64,000 nucleotides of DNA from an uncultured Rhodoferax sp. (GTDB lineage Bacteria; Pseudomonadota; Gammaproteobacteria; Burkholderiales; Burkholderiaceae_C), in the NCBI GenBank assembly GCA_964569855.1, contig CAZMXB010000002.1, positions 18,619-82,618 of the forward strand, in the 5' to 3' direction. Below are positions 46,654-57,570 of the stretch, piece by piece. The notes below the pieces were generated by a model. It made no database searches and was not told the DNA's origin. It saw only the letters and a list, made by a program, of their open reading frames with translations. The number at the start of each line of letters is the position of its first letter. Within the stretch, counting starts at the first letter, position 1. The position numbers and the translations under genes were made by a program.

Positions 46654-48534
46654 ATGAGTTCAGCAAATGAAATCCGAGCATTGACCGATGTAGAGCATGT
46701 TCGTCAGCGGCCATCGATGTATGTAGGTGCTGTTGCTCCTCAGTCGAAAACATGTTGGGTTCTCGACGAATCCAAGAACACTCCAGAATTGAAATGGGAG
46801 GAGGTTTCTTTTTCTCCGGCACTGGTGAAACTTTTCGATGAAGTGATTTCTAACTCTATTGATGAGTCATATCGTCTTGGTCATAAATCAGCCAAAGGTG
46901 GAGTCTTTACTATCTGGGTGAAGACCGAGAAGACAAAAGAAGGCAACTATCGATTCACCGTTCAGGACAACGGTCGTGGCATTCCATTGCGGAAAGCAAA
47001 AGACTCCGAGCATCTGATGGCCGATCTGGCTCTTCAGCATCTTCGAGCCGGCAGCAATTTCGACACTGATCGAGCAGTCTCTATCGGAACCCATGGACTT
47101 GGCGTAACATTGGTCAACATCTTGTCTCAGGACTTCCAGGCTGACATTGAGGACGGTGAACAATTTTACACTTTGGAATCGAACCGTGGTATCGAGTTTG
47201 CCCGGCGACTTCGAGCCAAGAAGGGAGACCCATACACCAAGATCTCCTATGTGCCAGACTCGACAATTTTTGATTTGGCGGCTGTAGAGGCCGCCGTGAA
47301 GATTATTCGGCGCCGAATCTTCGATCTGGCTGCATGTTTTCCGGCTATCACTTTCAAGTTGGATGGCGTTGTGGTTCAATCACGATCATTCAAGAAATAT
47401 GCCGGTGCAATAGCCTCGAGTCCTCTTTGTGGAATTGGTGGAGAACCAATCACCTTCGAATACGAGAATCTTCGATTGGCGATTCTTTCATCCGACGATA
47501 ATGTCAACCTTAGCTTCGTGAACGGAATTGACACCTACGAAGGTGGAACTCATTTAGAGTATGTTCGAAACAAGATCATCGATGTGGTCGCAGCGAAGCT
47601 TTCAAAGAAGCACAAAGTAGACATCAAACCAAATGACATCCGAGCAAAAACTTGCTTTATCGTAATGCTCGACGGTCTGGTTGATCCTCAGTTTCGATCT
47701 CAGACCAAGGAGTATCTCAGCTCTTCGCCAGGTTCATGGACGCATTTGATCAAGGACTTTGACGGTGAGGTTGTCGCCAAGAAGTTGATTGGTTCTTCAC
47801 ATATCTGCGATCAAATTGTCGAGGCTTTTCTTCTCAAGAAGGAAGCCAAAGAGCGAGCCGAAGTTAAGCGTCTTGGTAAAGACATGAAGAAGCTTCGAGT
47901 GGCCAAGCATTTGCCTGCTAACCATCCTGATCCGAAGCAACGAATCCTCTTCTTGACCGAAGGTGACTCGGCTATTGGACAATTATCAAATGTCCGAGAT
48001 CCTCAAAGGCACGGTGGGTTTCCATTACGCGGAAAAATTATCAATGCGCACGGAATGAGTCTGGCCGAGATTTTCGAGAACAAGGAAGTCAAGGAGATCG
48101 CAGCCGTCCTTGGTATTCGTCCAGGTGAAGAAGTTGATCCTAACGATTTGGAATATGGAACCATCGCTATTATGACAGATGCCGACCATGATGGTTCTTC
48201 TATCCGAGCCTTGTTGGTGAATCTGTTTATGCGGCTCTGGCCAAATCTGGTGGCTCAAGGTCACCTATGGGCTGTAGAGCCACCTTCCTACAGATGGATG
48301 GATGGAACTAAAGTCGGATTCGTCTACGGCCTTGATGAAGCTGCCTTGGCTACAATACCACCAAAAGCCAAGTCGGTCTATTTGAAAGGTCTCGGTTCCA
48401 TGAATGAAACCGATTACGCCGAGATGATTCGAAATCCTCGGATGTCAAAGATCGAGAAGGATGTGGACGCCGAGAAGTCTTTGATGATCGCATTTGGTCC
48501 ATCGGCCGATGCTCGGAAAGTTTGGTTGTCTTGA
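46654..48534 (+). CDS. Type IIA topoisomerase large subunit (gp39+60-like)
   Basis: EHV..RP.MY.G, DNGRGIP, G.NFD, TEGDSA, PLRGK, MTDADHDG, KGLGS. Confidence 0.95.
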   Translation: MSSANEIRALTDVEHVRQRPSMYVGAVAPQSKTCWVLDESKNTPELKWEEVSFSPALVKLFDEVISNSIDESYRLGHKSAKGGVFTIWVKTEKTKEGNYRFTVQDNGRGIPLRKAKDSEHLMADLALQHLRAGSNFDTDRAVSIGTHGLGVTLVNILSQDFQADIEDGEQFYTLESNRGIEFARRLRAKKGDPYTKISYVPDSTIFDLAAVEAAVKIIRRRIFDLAACFPAITFKLDGVVVQSRSFKKYAGAIASSPLCGIGGEPITFEYENLRLAILSSDDNVNLSFVNGIDTYEGGTHLEYVRNKIIDVVAAKLSKKHKVDIKPNDIRAKTCFIVMLDGLVDPQFRSQTKEYLSSSPGSWTHLIKDFDGEVVAKKLIGSSHICDQIVEAFLLKKEAKERAEVKRLGKDMKKLRVAKHLPANHPDPKQRILFLTEGDSAIGQLSNVRDPQRHGGFPLRGKIINAHGMSLAEIFENKEVKEIAAVLGIRPGEEVDPNDLEYGTIAIMTDADHDGSSIRALLVNLFMRLWPNLVAQGHLWAVEPPSYRWMDGTKVGFVYGLDEAALATIPPKAKSVYLKGLGSMNETDYAEMIRNPRMSKIEKDVDAEKSLMIAFGPSADARKVWLS

Positions 48535-48786
48535 AGGATAAGGAGCTAAATTCATGAGCATTTCAAAATGTTGTAGCTGCGGTTATAGATGGGAAACTGG
48601 AACAAACGGATCTCATTCCTGCGCAAATGAACTTCGAAAGATCTTGGATTGTCTTATTGATCCAAATTTCAAGGTGAAAACTGATTTAGGAAAAGAGGTT
48701 AGACCGTTCTGCGTTCCTGGAATTTTCATGTTGGACAGAGTTCAAGACAGATTGGAAGAAATTAAAATGGAACAGGAGAAGAGCGT

Positions 48787-49182
48787 ATGAACATGTTTGA
48801 TTTTGATGGTGTGGTTTCTATTGGGCTTTGTCCTACGGCCTCCGATGTCATTGTGACTGGCCGTGGATTTGATGAATGCGAAATTGTGTACAACAAACTG
48901 CAAGAGCTTCTTGGAGATAAATCTAATTGGCCGCCAATTTTCTTCAATATGAAGCTAAAGGGACAAGGCCGAACTAGAAAAGATTCCGCGAACCATAAGA
49001 TCGACATTTTAATTCGTTTGATTGAAAATGGACATCAAGTGGAAACAATCTTCGAGGATGATCCAGAACAACTTGAAATTTTAGGCTATTGGATTGCTCA
49101 ATATTTCTCTTCACCGATCAAAGCCGAGAGATATAAAAGGCCTAATTTGTGCTTCGTCCGATGCTCATGGATTGACAAGTAA
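48787..49182 (+). CDS. HAD-superfamily small protein
   Basis: FDFDGV, VTGR, FEDD. Confidence 0.75.
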   Translation: MNMFDFDGVVSIGLCPTASDVIVTGRGFDECEIVYNKLQELLGDKSNWPPIFFNMKLKGQGRTRKDSANHKIDILIRLIENGHQVETIFEDDPEQLEILGYWIAQYFSSPIKAERYKRPNLCFVRCSWIDK

Positions 49183-49292
49183 GAAGCGCATCCAATGGTT
49201 GGCCGCACAATAGTTTACAATCTTCGGTGAAATAAGACTGTACATCCTTCTTCATTGGTGATATGATCACTCCATAGTCAAGGAGCAACAAC

Positions 49293-49601
49293 ATGATCCA
49301 CAATATTATCGAAGAACTGGTTCGTCTTGGCGTTGAAGTTTCTTTGACCTTCCGAGAAGGTAAAGTTTTCTACAACCTCAATACCGGCATGAAGAGCGAA
49401 TGCCATATCCGTTTCGTTGAAGATGGGCACGGTACTGCCGAAGTCTTGACACGATATGATCCTCCAAGGAAAGAACAAGTACTTGATATGAATGATTTGA
49501 TCTCTTTGGTCAGGAAGTGTCTGTGCGGTCGAGAGTTCTACAATCGCCAATGGGACACCGTCTTTATCATGTACGATTGGACTTTTCCGAACGAAACATA
49601 A
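49293..49601 (+). CDS. Early hypothetical protein
   Basis: Own promoter, AAGGAG RBS. Confidence 0.65.
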   Translation: MIHNIIEELVRLGVEVSLTFREGKVFYNLNTGMKSECHIRFVEDGHGTAEVLTRYDPPRKEQVLDMNDLISLVRKCLCGREFYNRQWDTVFIMYDWTFPNET

Positions 49602-50225
49602 TTTACAATCATGTTGGAACTAGTGCTGGACATGTTCCAGTCGCTATGGTAAAATTCTTTCAACAACCGGAGAAGCTGAAATGACTAATCAAGAAATCAA
49701 TCAGGCCAGATTAGACGCTCTCAAGGTGGCGGCCGGCGGAAAGGATCTCAAGACTCTCACTCGATGGGAGATTGATGCTATTGCAAAGATTGCTGCGTAT
49801 CATTTGAACAAAAACGGCGTGCCTCATCCAACTGGCACCCGATGGAATTTCAACAAAGTGATGGTCTCCATTTAAGGAAGAAGCAACATGAAAGTTCAAC
49901 CTTCAAATCTAATGGATAATGTCATCCTGATGATTGCCGTTCTTTCCCTGATCATTGTTTGGATTTCACTATGATTTTTCTAAACGGAGTCAAATGGAAG
50001 CATTCATTGAAGCGGCTAATCAAGGAGCATTCGCCCGGTTCTGACACACCAAAGGAAGATAAAGCACATATGCGAAGAATGATAAAAGCATACGGTACTG
50101 TATGGTGTTGGACCGATCCTTTTGAAGAAGAAATCAATGGATGTAAAGTCCTACTCTGGGCCAGATCTGAGGATGCGCTTGATCAACTTGTTCGTGCCGC
50201 AAATCAAGAAATTTAGGAGTTCGTA

Positions 50226-50525
50226 ATGAAAACCAGTAAAGGTTTCACTGTATTTGAACTGCTGATTTCCATTGTTTTGATAGCGCTTATTTTTTCATTC
50301 TACATGGCGGCTAGTGGAAAACTGAAAGAAGTTCGTTCGGCCAGTTCACAAGAAACGCAAGTTGAACGAACCGAAAAATCAGATCCGAATTTCACCACTG
50401 CTTGTTATCGTGGTGTTTTGTATTTCACAACAAGAAATTCTGCATCACTGATTGAATACCCAACAACTCCGGTCATTTCTGTCACACCAAATCCTGATAG
50501 TCTTCGACCTACCACATGTCAATAA
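50226..50525 (+). CDS. Prepilin-type N-terminal cleavage/methylation motif protein
   Basis: MKTSKG-FTVFELLISIVLIALI; Cys pair in C-terminal part. Confidence 0.7.
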   Translation: MKTSKGFTVFELLISIVLIALIFSFYMAASGKLKEVRSASSQETQVERTEKSDPNFTTACYRGVLYFTTRNSASLIEYPTTPVISVTPNPDSLRPTTCQ

Positions 50526-50775
50526 GGAATTTCATTGAATTCCTTAGGGGTAAATGTGAACAAGTGTAATCAAACCATCGGAAAGTTTCTTATGGGACTA
50601 ATTGCATTTCTTGTTGTGATTGGATATTGTCTGAATCTGTATTACATTCTTTCGGCTTCTCCTGTTATTTTCAATGCCATTTTCATTGCTCAAGTTTCTG
50701 GCGTTTTGCTTATTCCTCTAGGTGTTATTCTTGGATGGTTGTTTTGGTTTATCTGATATGATGGAGTAAAGAATT

Positions 50776-52122
50776 TTGACAACTATCACCGAATTGATTA
50801 ATGGACCGCACCGTGATTACGCACGGTATGTGGTCTTCTCTAGAGCCATTCCGTCACTGGTTGACGGAATGAAGCCTTCTCATCGAAAGATCTTCTGGAC
50901 GGCGATGAATCACGCCAAGAAATTGACGAAAACTGCTGCGCTTTGTGGTCAAGTTATTGTCGAGGCTGATTACCACCACGGAGATTCTTCACTTCAAGAT
51001 GCTGCGTCTTTGATGGCAGCTCAATGGGCAAATAACCTTCCATTGCTGGAAGGTGAAGGTAACTTTGGTTCCAGGATTGTTCAAATCCCAGCGGCTGCTC
51101 GATACACTTCTGTTCGAGTCAATCCGGAAGTCCTTAAGATCTTTTTGGACTCCGAAGATTGTGTTCAATCTCCAGACGGAAACGAGCCCTCTTTCTTTCT
51201 TCCAATTCTTCCAATAGTAGCGATTAACGGCTCTTCTGGTATGGCTGTTGGATTTGCTACTGACATTTTTCCTCGATCTGTCTCTTCTGTCAAAAAGTTC
51301 ATATCAGACATCTTGTCCGGAAAATTGACCGAAGAGTCAGCAAGAGCGACTCATATCAAACCTTCGTTTCCGCAGTTCAGTGGAAAAGTAGAGTCATTCG
51401 TCGAGAATGGCCGTCAATCATGGATTGTGTCTGGAAAAATCGAGCGAACCAAGAAGAACATTATCACGGTCACTGAGCTTCCATACGGCTATGACCGTGA
51501 AGGTTACATTGAGAAACTAGAAAAGTTAATTGACAAAGGTGTCATCAATGACTACACCGATGAAACTTCCGGCGGAAAGTTCCGATTTGCTGTAAAGGTT
51601 TCTGGTGCCTTCGAGAAGAATGATGATGGCCAGATTCTTTCTGATCTGAAGCTCGTGGTCAAAATGACCGAGAATATCGTGGTTATCAGTCCAGACGGGA
51701 AAGTCAATACCTACTCGACCATAGGATCACTCATATGGGATTTTGTTCAGTTCCGGTTATCTGTATACCCTAAGAGGTTTGCTAGGGAGCTAGCAGCCGT
51801 CAGTGCCGATCTAGAGTTTCTTCTGATGAAACTTCTGATTATCCGGAAGGTTCTGGCTGATCCTAATTTCTATTTCAATAAGCGATCGACCAGAGATATT
51901 CTTCGTGAGGAGTTCACTTTCGCTTTGGTTAGTTCTGAATTCAAGAAGGAAGATGTCGACGCAAACATGAATCGGCTTCTGAGTCTTCCTGTGTATCAGT
52001 TCACCAACGAAGTAGCAGATCAAACTCAGAAAGAGATTGATGCGCTGTATCTTGAAATCAAGAGAATCAATTCACTGAATCCATCCGACGAATTCCTTTC
52101 TGATCTCAAAGAAATTAAATGA
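50776..52122 (+). CDS. Type IIA topoisomerase medium subunit (gp52-like)
   Basis: RAIP..DG.KP..R, YHHGD, GNFG, AAARY active site. Confidence 0.95.
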   Translation: MTTITELINGPHRDYARYVVFSRAIPSLVDGMKPSHRKIFWTAMNHAKKLTKTAALCGQVIVEADYHHGDSSLQDAASLMAAQWANNLPLLEGEGNFGSRIVQIPAAARYTSVRVNPEVLKIFLDSEDCVQSPDGNEPSFFLPILPIVAINGSSGMAVGFATDIFPRSVSSVKKFISDILSGKLTEESARATHIKPSFPQFSGKVESFVENGRQSWIVSGKIERTKKNIITVTELPYGYDREGYIEKLEKLIDKGVINDYTDETSGGKFRFAVKVSGAFEKNDDGQILSDLKLVVKMTENIVVISPDGKVNTYSTIGSLIWDFVQFRLSVYPKRFARELAAVSADLEFLLMKLLIIRKVLADPNFYFNKRSTRDILREEFTFALVSSEFKKEDVDANMNRLLSLPVYQFTNEVADQTQKEIDALYLEIKRINSLNPSDEFLSDLKEIK

Positions 52123-52343
52123 AGCCTCATATTTGGAAAGCAGAAATGAGTCAACAATTGAACCATGACAAAAAGATCTCTTACCTGATTGCGGGTCTCG
52201 AGGCGATTTGTCTTGAGCCTCAATTTCCTGGTGAGTCCGCCGGAAAATAGGAATGGCATGCTTATTGGAGAGAATTAGCCGTCATGCGACGAAGAATAGC
52301 CGGTGAAGCACTTGGTCGTGCTTTGAATATTGGAGAAGATTAG

Positions 52344-52730
52344 GTGAAGAAATCAAAATTGATTGAACTTCTAAACTCAATTCCTGGAGATCCAGAAGTA
52401 AAACTATGGAACGGTCTAGTTGGCGATTGGGTTGATATTGAAAACAAAGTCTATCCGATTGATCTTGTTAAGCAGACCGAGCAACATTATCTGGAGAGAG
52501 TTCGAATTGATGAGTGCATTAAACGGAAAGATTGGGAATATCAATTGACAGAAGAATACGTAAGCGAACTCAAAGCAGCGCATAAAAGAGTTTGTGTATG
52601 GGAGCAAAATGATTTTGTAACTCTAGAAGATGTGACAGAAAAGAGATACTCTCTCAAGACTGTATACGCTCTTCAAGCTAAAAATAAAGGTGTGACGACT
52701 TGGGATCACGCCGGCAATATCAACTATTGA
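52344..52730 (+). CDS. Conserved phage hypothetical protein
   Basis: IPGDPEV.LWNGLVGDW motif. Confidence 0.65.
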   Translation: MKKSKLIELLNSIPGDPEVKLWNGLVGDWVDIENKVYPIDLVKQTEQHYLERVRIDECIKRKDWEYQLTEEYVSELKAAHKRVCVWEQNDFVTLEDVTEKRYSLKTVYALQAKNKGVTTWDHAGNINY

Positions 52731-53025
52731 AGCAGCAAGGAAATCAAAATGAAATGGAAGAAGTTCGGAAATAGTATGCCGCCGGCTCCGAAAGACGGTA
52801 CTCCAATTGGAGTAATGCGGCAATCTTTTATGTGGCCGTCTGTCGCCTATTGGTCTCCAGTGTTCCAGCAATGGCTCACAATGATTGTAGAGATCCAAGA
52901 AGATGGAAAGTTCAAAGGAACGATGCACCCTGTTCCAGAGGATGACATTATCAGATGGGCTCCACTTCCGAGATTTGGAGACATAGAAGGATAGATAGTT
53001 GTATAAACCATGAAGGAAGAAGCAA

Positions 53026-53364
53026 ATGAAAGTTAACACAAAACCATTTACCGATTGGATGGCTGGATTGGTAGCCGTCTTTTTTGTATCAGCTGGTGTC
53101 TGGGCAACTCTTGCTCCGGCGGCTAGCCAATCAAACAAGAAAGCACCAGACATTGTCTTTGACATGAAATGCGTGTCAATAGACAAGGATGGAAACCAAC
53201 GTACGACTTTGAATCGTTCCAAGATCTTGGATTTCACGATATCTTCAGAGAATGGCGAGGTGGTGTTCACTTTGTTTTTCTCGGAAGATAAAAGTGCCTA
53301 TGATCTGGTTCGCGTAGAGAAAAACACAATCTGTTCGGTGTCACAGCATGTTGAAGTGAAGTAA
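53026..53364 (+). CDS. Membrane-anchored or secreted hypothetical protein
   Basis: Hydrophobic N-terminus; TAGATA motif upstream. Confidence 0.6.
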   Translation: MKVNTKPFTDWMAGLVAVFFVSAGVWATLAPAASQSNKKAPDIVFDMKCVSIDKDGNQRTTLNRSKILDFTISSENGEVVFTLFFSEDKSAYDLVRVEKNTICSVSQHVEVK

Positions 53365-53366
53365 CC

Positions 53367-53600
53367 ATGCCGACCTATAACTTCGAATGCGCAAAATGCG
53401 GATTTGTGATTGAGAGATTCCTTTCTGTTTCTCAGTTCCAGGATGAGATGCTTGGAGACTGTGAATGTGGGGAATCTGATTCGGTCACGAACTGGAGAGT
53501 TGTCATTTTGACTCCATCCGAATTTCGCCTAAAGGGTAGAGGTTGGTATGAAACAGATTCTAAAAATTCGGCGTTTGATAATGTCAGGAGAGTCGTTTAG
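53367..53600 (+). CDS. FmdB-family zinc-ribbon protein
   Basis: MPTYNFECAKCG...CECG...LKGRGWYETD. Confidence 0.85.
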   Translation: MPTYNFECAKCGFVIERFLSVSQFQDEMLGDCECGESDSVTNWRVVILTPSEFRLKGRGWYETDSKNSAFDNVRRVV

Positions 53601-54310
53601 ATGAGCAACATTAATAGGTACCCAATTGGAGCACGAGTTAAGGTCAAAGAGGGTGTGCTGATTGGCGCGAAGAAACAATTTCAAGTGAAGCCGGATGGAA
53701 AAGTAGCATCGGTTATTGGATATGATGAGGCTCAAGGGAATCCAAATACGGTCTTGCTCGATCAACCGATTTGTGGATTCAAGCTGTGGGATTCGAATCA
53801 TTTGGTCCCGGCATGATCCTAGAATCTCTGATACTCATACTAATAGCTATTGTTCTTTTATCAGTCGTGAGACAGTTGTTGGAGAAACTACATTATGAAA
53901 GTGTCAGAAGTGAAGCAGGAACTGAAGAATCTAAGACTCCAGAATAGCATCTATAAGCAGAATTGTATTTCCGCTTTGGTTATTGAGTTTCGTGAGTCTT
54001 ACAAGAAGCATAGATTTATCAGAAGGATTCTTAAGTTCCTTTCTAAAGGTCGGCTTTGCCAACTTGATCATAACGCATGGTCGAGTGAAATTTTGCAAGA
54101 AGTGTCCAGAAGTTTTTGGTATCGAGAGATCATAAAGTTCCATGCGTTTCATGAAGCCGAAATAGATTCTCTGGATATTCATGTAGCACAATTGGACGAA
54201 AATCAAGAAACTCCAAGAGAAGTCCTGAATATGATTAGAATCATCCGTGAAGTAATTGAGAATAGATAAGATCACAACGTATTGATTCACCATAATTCAG
54301 AGGAACCAAA

Positions 54311-54940
54311 ATGGCACAAACTAAAACTCTTACTCGTGAAGGAATTCTTCACTTAGATTCACAAGGTCGTCTACATTATGACGCTGGTGCCAGACCGGCT
54401 TATATCGCATGCGGAAAGGCTCGAGAAATTGCTCGGGCTACTGCATATGCCCTTGGTGATAAGATCATCAAAATCCTTGCCGATGGAGCGACCGCTCTTT
54501 ATCACGTGTATGTTTGCACAACCGCTGGTACCTCTCACGCTACTACTCCAGCCGCAGGTTTCGCGACCGGAGCAGCACTGAAGCATCCAGCTACTGGGGC
54601 AATCACCGATGGTACTGCTCAATTCACCTATAGCTACACTCCGGACCAAGCGTTTTATATTGCCGGCGTAAAGACCGGAAGATATGTGACTGTCCGCAAC
54701 GGAGTGCTCTATGACTGCCAATATTCGAATGATCTGCTCCATGACGTAGACAGTTTTGCCTACGCTGAATATACTGGTTCTAATGGAACTTCTACTTTGG
54801 TGAAGGGTTCTTATTACACCAACGGTGTAGAAGTTTTGAGCAGAACCGGAGCGTCAACCTACACAACTCCAGTGGCGTCTGCTCTTTTGATCGGAAATGC
54901 CGCAATCCTGTTGGCAGAAGGCTACGATCCTGTAGCGTAA
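54311..54940 (+). CDS. Ala/Thr/Gly-rich protein, possibly virion-associated
   Basis: GAGGA RBS, composition only. Confidence 0.55.
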   Translation: MAQTKTLTREGILHLDSQGRLHYDAGARPAYIACGKAREIARATAYALGDKIIKILADGATALYHVYVCTTAGTSHATTPAAGFATGAALKHPATGAITDGTAQFTYSYTPDQAFYIAGVKTGRYVTVRNGVLYDCQYSNDLLHDVDSFAYAEYTGSNGTSTLVKGSYYTNGVEVLSRTGASTYTTPVASALLIGNAAILLAEGYDPVA

Positions 54941-55046
54941 CATGTTGTAAATTCTTATCAGCTAGGTATGGACAAGTGCCTGCCTAGCTGATATAATGAT
55001 TCCTAACGAATGCGGTGTAAACGTTGACCGCAAAGAAGGAGTGAAA

Positions 55047-55985
55047 ATGAAAGATACACTTGGTGTCATTGTTGGTCGTTTCCAGGTTCCACAGCTTCAT
55101 CCTGGTCACATTGAACTTTTCAATGAAGTTCTGGCTACGCATGAATTTTTGTTGGTTGTCCTTGGTAACTCTCCAGTCCGAGCAACTCGGGCGAATCCTC
55201 TCGATTTCACTGCACGAAAGCGAATGCTTCAACACCATTTTAAGTACATTGGTGTAGAGGAGCGTGTGGCTTTCCGATACATCCAGGACGAGATGCTGGA
55301 CGAAGTTTGGTCGAAGAATCTTGACGAAGTCATTTCTGGATATATTGGAAAGGCAAATCTTGTTCCAACTCTTTATGGATCTCGAGATTCGTTCATTCCT
55401 CATTACAAGGGCATTCATCCAACGATTGTCCTCGAACCAAAGATGATTCGGCAAGAGACTTCCGGCACGGCTATTCGAGAAAGCATTGCCGAGAACCCTC
55501 AGGCGTCTTCAGAGTTCCGGGCTGGTGCAGTGTGGTCTGCCTATCACCGCTATCCTACAACATTCACCACAGTGGACGTGGCCGTTTTCACGGAGGATGG
55601 ATTGTTGGTCCTTGGCCGGAAAAAGAACGAAGACCTTTGGCGGTTTCCCGGCGGTTTCTCCGAGCCGCAATCTGAATCTTTTGAGGATGACGCACGGCGG
55701 GAAGTTCTGGAAGAGACTGGACTAGTTCTTGGCCATCTTGAGTATATCGGATCAGCCAAAATCGATGATTGGCGATATCGTCGAGAAGTTGATAAGATCA
55801 AAACGTTGATGTTCATCGGAAAGGCTGTCGGAGGTCGACTCGCCCCGGGTGATGACATTTTCGAACTGAAGTTGATCGATCCAGGTCCGTTTCCTTGGTT
55901 CTTTGACGGAGAACTTGTTCCAAATCACCGACCTCTTCTCGAGATGCTGGAAAATCATCTCCAGTGGAAAGCAAAGGTCGTCTAA
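55047..55985 (+). CDS. Bifunctional NMN adenylyltransferase / Nudix hydrolase (NadM-Nudix)
   Basis: GRFQ...HPGH, NPL, SGT.IR; Nudix box GG......E....ARREVLEETG. Confidence 0.93.
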   Translation: MKDTLGVIVGRFQVPQLHPGHIELFNEVLATHEFLLVVLGNSPVRATRANPLDFTARKRMLQHHFKYIGVEERVAFRYIQDEMLDEVWSKNLDEVISGYIGKANLVPTLYGSRDSFIPHYKGIHPTIVLEPKMIRQETSGTAIRESIAENPQASSEFRAGAVWSAYHRYPTTFTTVDVAVFTEDGLLVLGRKKNEDLWRFPGGFSEPQSESFEDDARREVLEETGLVLGHLEYIGSAKIDDWRYRREVDKIKTLMFIGKAVGGRLAPGDDIFELKLIDPGPFPWFFDGELVPNHRPLLEMLENHLQWKAKVV

Positions 55986-56009
55986 ATCACAACATCCATA
56001 TAATCGTTA

Positions 56010-57491
56010 ATGGAGAAGCATATGAACCGTTCAAATAATCCGATCCTTATGACAGATGCATACAAGCATAGTCATTATCTGCAATATCCACCCGGCACCA
56101 ACTATGTGTATGAGTACATTGAGGCACGTGCTCCGAAAGAATTGTCAAACGAACGAAGCATTACCAAGATTGTCTGTGTCGGTCAACGATACTTATTGAC
56201 TCTCTTGGAAAGCCTTCGAGTGACATCTGCTCATGTTAAGCAGGCGAAGCGAATCGTTGAAGCATGTGGAGAACCATTCAATGAAGAAGGATGGCAGACT
56301 TTGGTCGATCGTCATAGCGGTCGATTGTTGAGCGCCGTGAAAATCAATGTGGTAAAGGAAGGAACTATTGTTGATGTCGGTGTTCCGATCTTGACAATTG
56401 TGAATACCGATCCAGATTTCTTCTGGCTTCCGGGTTTTCTTGAAACCTTGATCCAGCGATGTCTTTGGTATCCATCGACTGTCGCTTCGATCTCAAATTA
56501 TTGCTATGAAATCATTCGGCATTACATGGATCAGACATGTGACACCTTGGACAAGCTGCCTTTTATGCTCCATGATTTTGGAGCACGAGGAGTTAGTTCG
56601 CATGAGTCTGCCGAACTAGGCGGGTTTGCGCATTTGGCAACCGGATTTATGGGTACGGATACAATGGAGGCATTGATTTTTGCCGAAGAGATTTATAAGT
56701 CGAGCAATGTTGGTTTCTCTATTCCGGCGGCGGAGCATTCCACTATTACTTCGTGGGGTCAAGAAAACGAGGCGAAGGCCTATCGAAACATGATTGAGAA
56801 GTTCGGAACGGGTTTGTTCGCGGTTGTTTCCGACTCTTATAACATCTTCGAAGCATGTGGTCAAATCTGGGGTGAAGAATTAAAGGCTGAAGTATTGGCC
56901 GCTCCTGGTACATTAGTGATCAGGCCCGACTCGGGTGATCCGGCATATACCGTGATTCGATGTCTGTTGATTCTTGACCGACAATTTGGCTCAACCATCA
57001 ACACTAAAGGTTTCAAGGTCTTGAATAAGGTTCGCTTGATTCAAGGTGATGGAGTGAATCCTCTGAGTATTGAAGAAATCCTTGACGCAATGAAGCGGAA
57101 TGGATTCAGTGCGGACAATATCGCCTTTGGTATGGGTGGAGCTCTTCTTCAGAAGCTTGATCGAGACACCTTTAGTTTCGCTATGAAGTGTTCAGCCAAG
57201 ACAAATGACATTAATGGATCAAAATGGGATCCAGTGTTCAAGAGCCCGGTCGGTCAGACAAGTAAGAAATCTAAGGCTGGATTAGTGACTTCTGTATTCA
57301 TTAACCGTCCCGGATTCAATCCTATCGCTCCAGAAGCGTTTATCGATCGTGATTCTTTGACAGAAAGACTGCCGGCTGGAATAGTAGGAGCAACATGGAA
57401 TCTTGAGAATTCCGTAATGTTCAATCTAGAAGAGATTCGGGCCTGCGTGAATTTTTTCCGAGAAAATGGGCAGACAAATTTGAACAGATAG
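56010..57491 (+). CDS. nadV: Nicotinamide phosphoribosyltransferase
   Basis: TDAYK.SH..QYP, HDFGARG, AAEHS, VSDSY, IRPDSGDP, QGDG, FGMGGALLQ. Confidence 0.95.
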   Translation: MEKHMNRSNNPILMTDAYKHSHYLQYPPGTNYVYEYIEARAPKELSNERSITKIVCVGQRYLLTLLESLRVTSAHVKQAKRIVEACGEPFNEEGWQTLVDRHSGRLLSAVKINVVKEGTIVDVGVPILTIVNTDPDFFWLPGFLETLIQRCLWYPSTVASISNYCYEIIRHYMDQTCDTLDKLPFMLHDFGARGVSSHESAELGGFAHLATGFMGTDTMEALIFAEEIYKSSNVGFSIPAAEHSTITSWGQENEAKAYRNMIEKFGTGLFAVVSDSYNIFEACGQIWGEELKAEVLAAPGTLVIRPDSGDPAYTVIRCLLILDRQFGSTINTKGFKVLNKVRLIQGDGVNPLSIEEILDAMKRNGFSADNIAFGMGGALLQKLDRDTFSFAMKCSAKTNDINGSKWDPVFKSPVGQTSKKSKAGLVTSVFINRPGFNPIAPEAFIDRDSLTERLPAGIVGATWNLENSVMFNLEEIRACVNFFRENGQTNLNR

Positions 57492-57570
57492 ATACATCTG
57501 AGGGAATCCTCAAACTAAAAGAAATACCAAACATCATAGGGCAAAGTCCCGAATTCAAGGAGAATCAAAA

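Noticed and set aside
46654-48534. T4 gene 60-style ribosomal bypass
   Set aside because: ATPase and TOPRIM parts are in one uninterrupted frame
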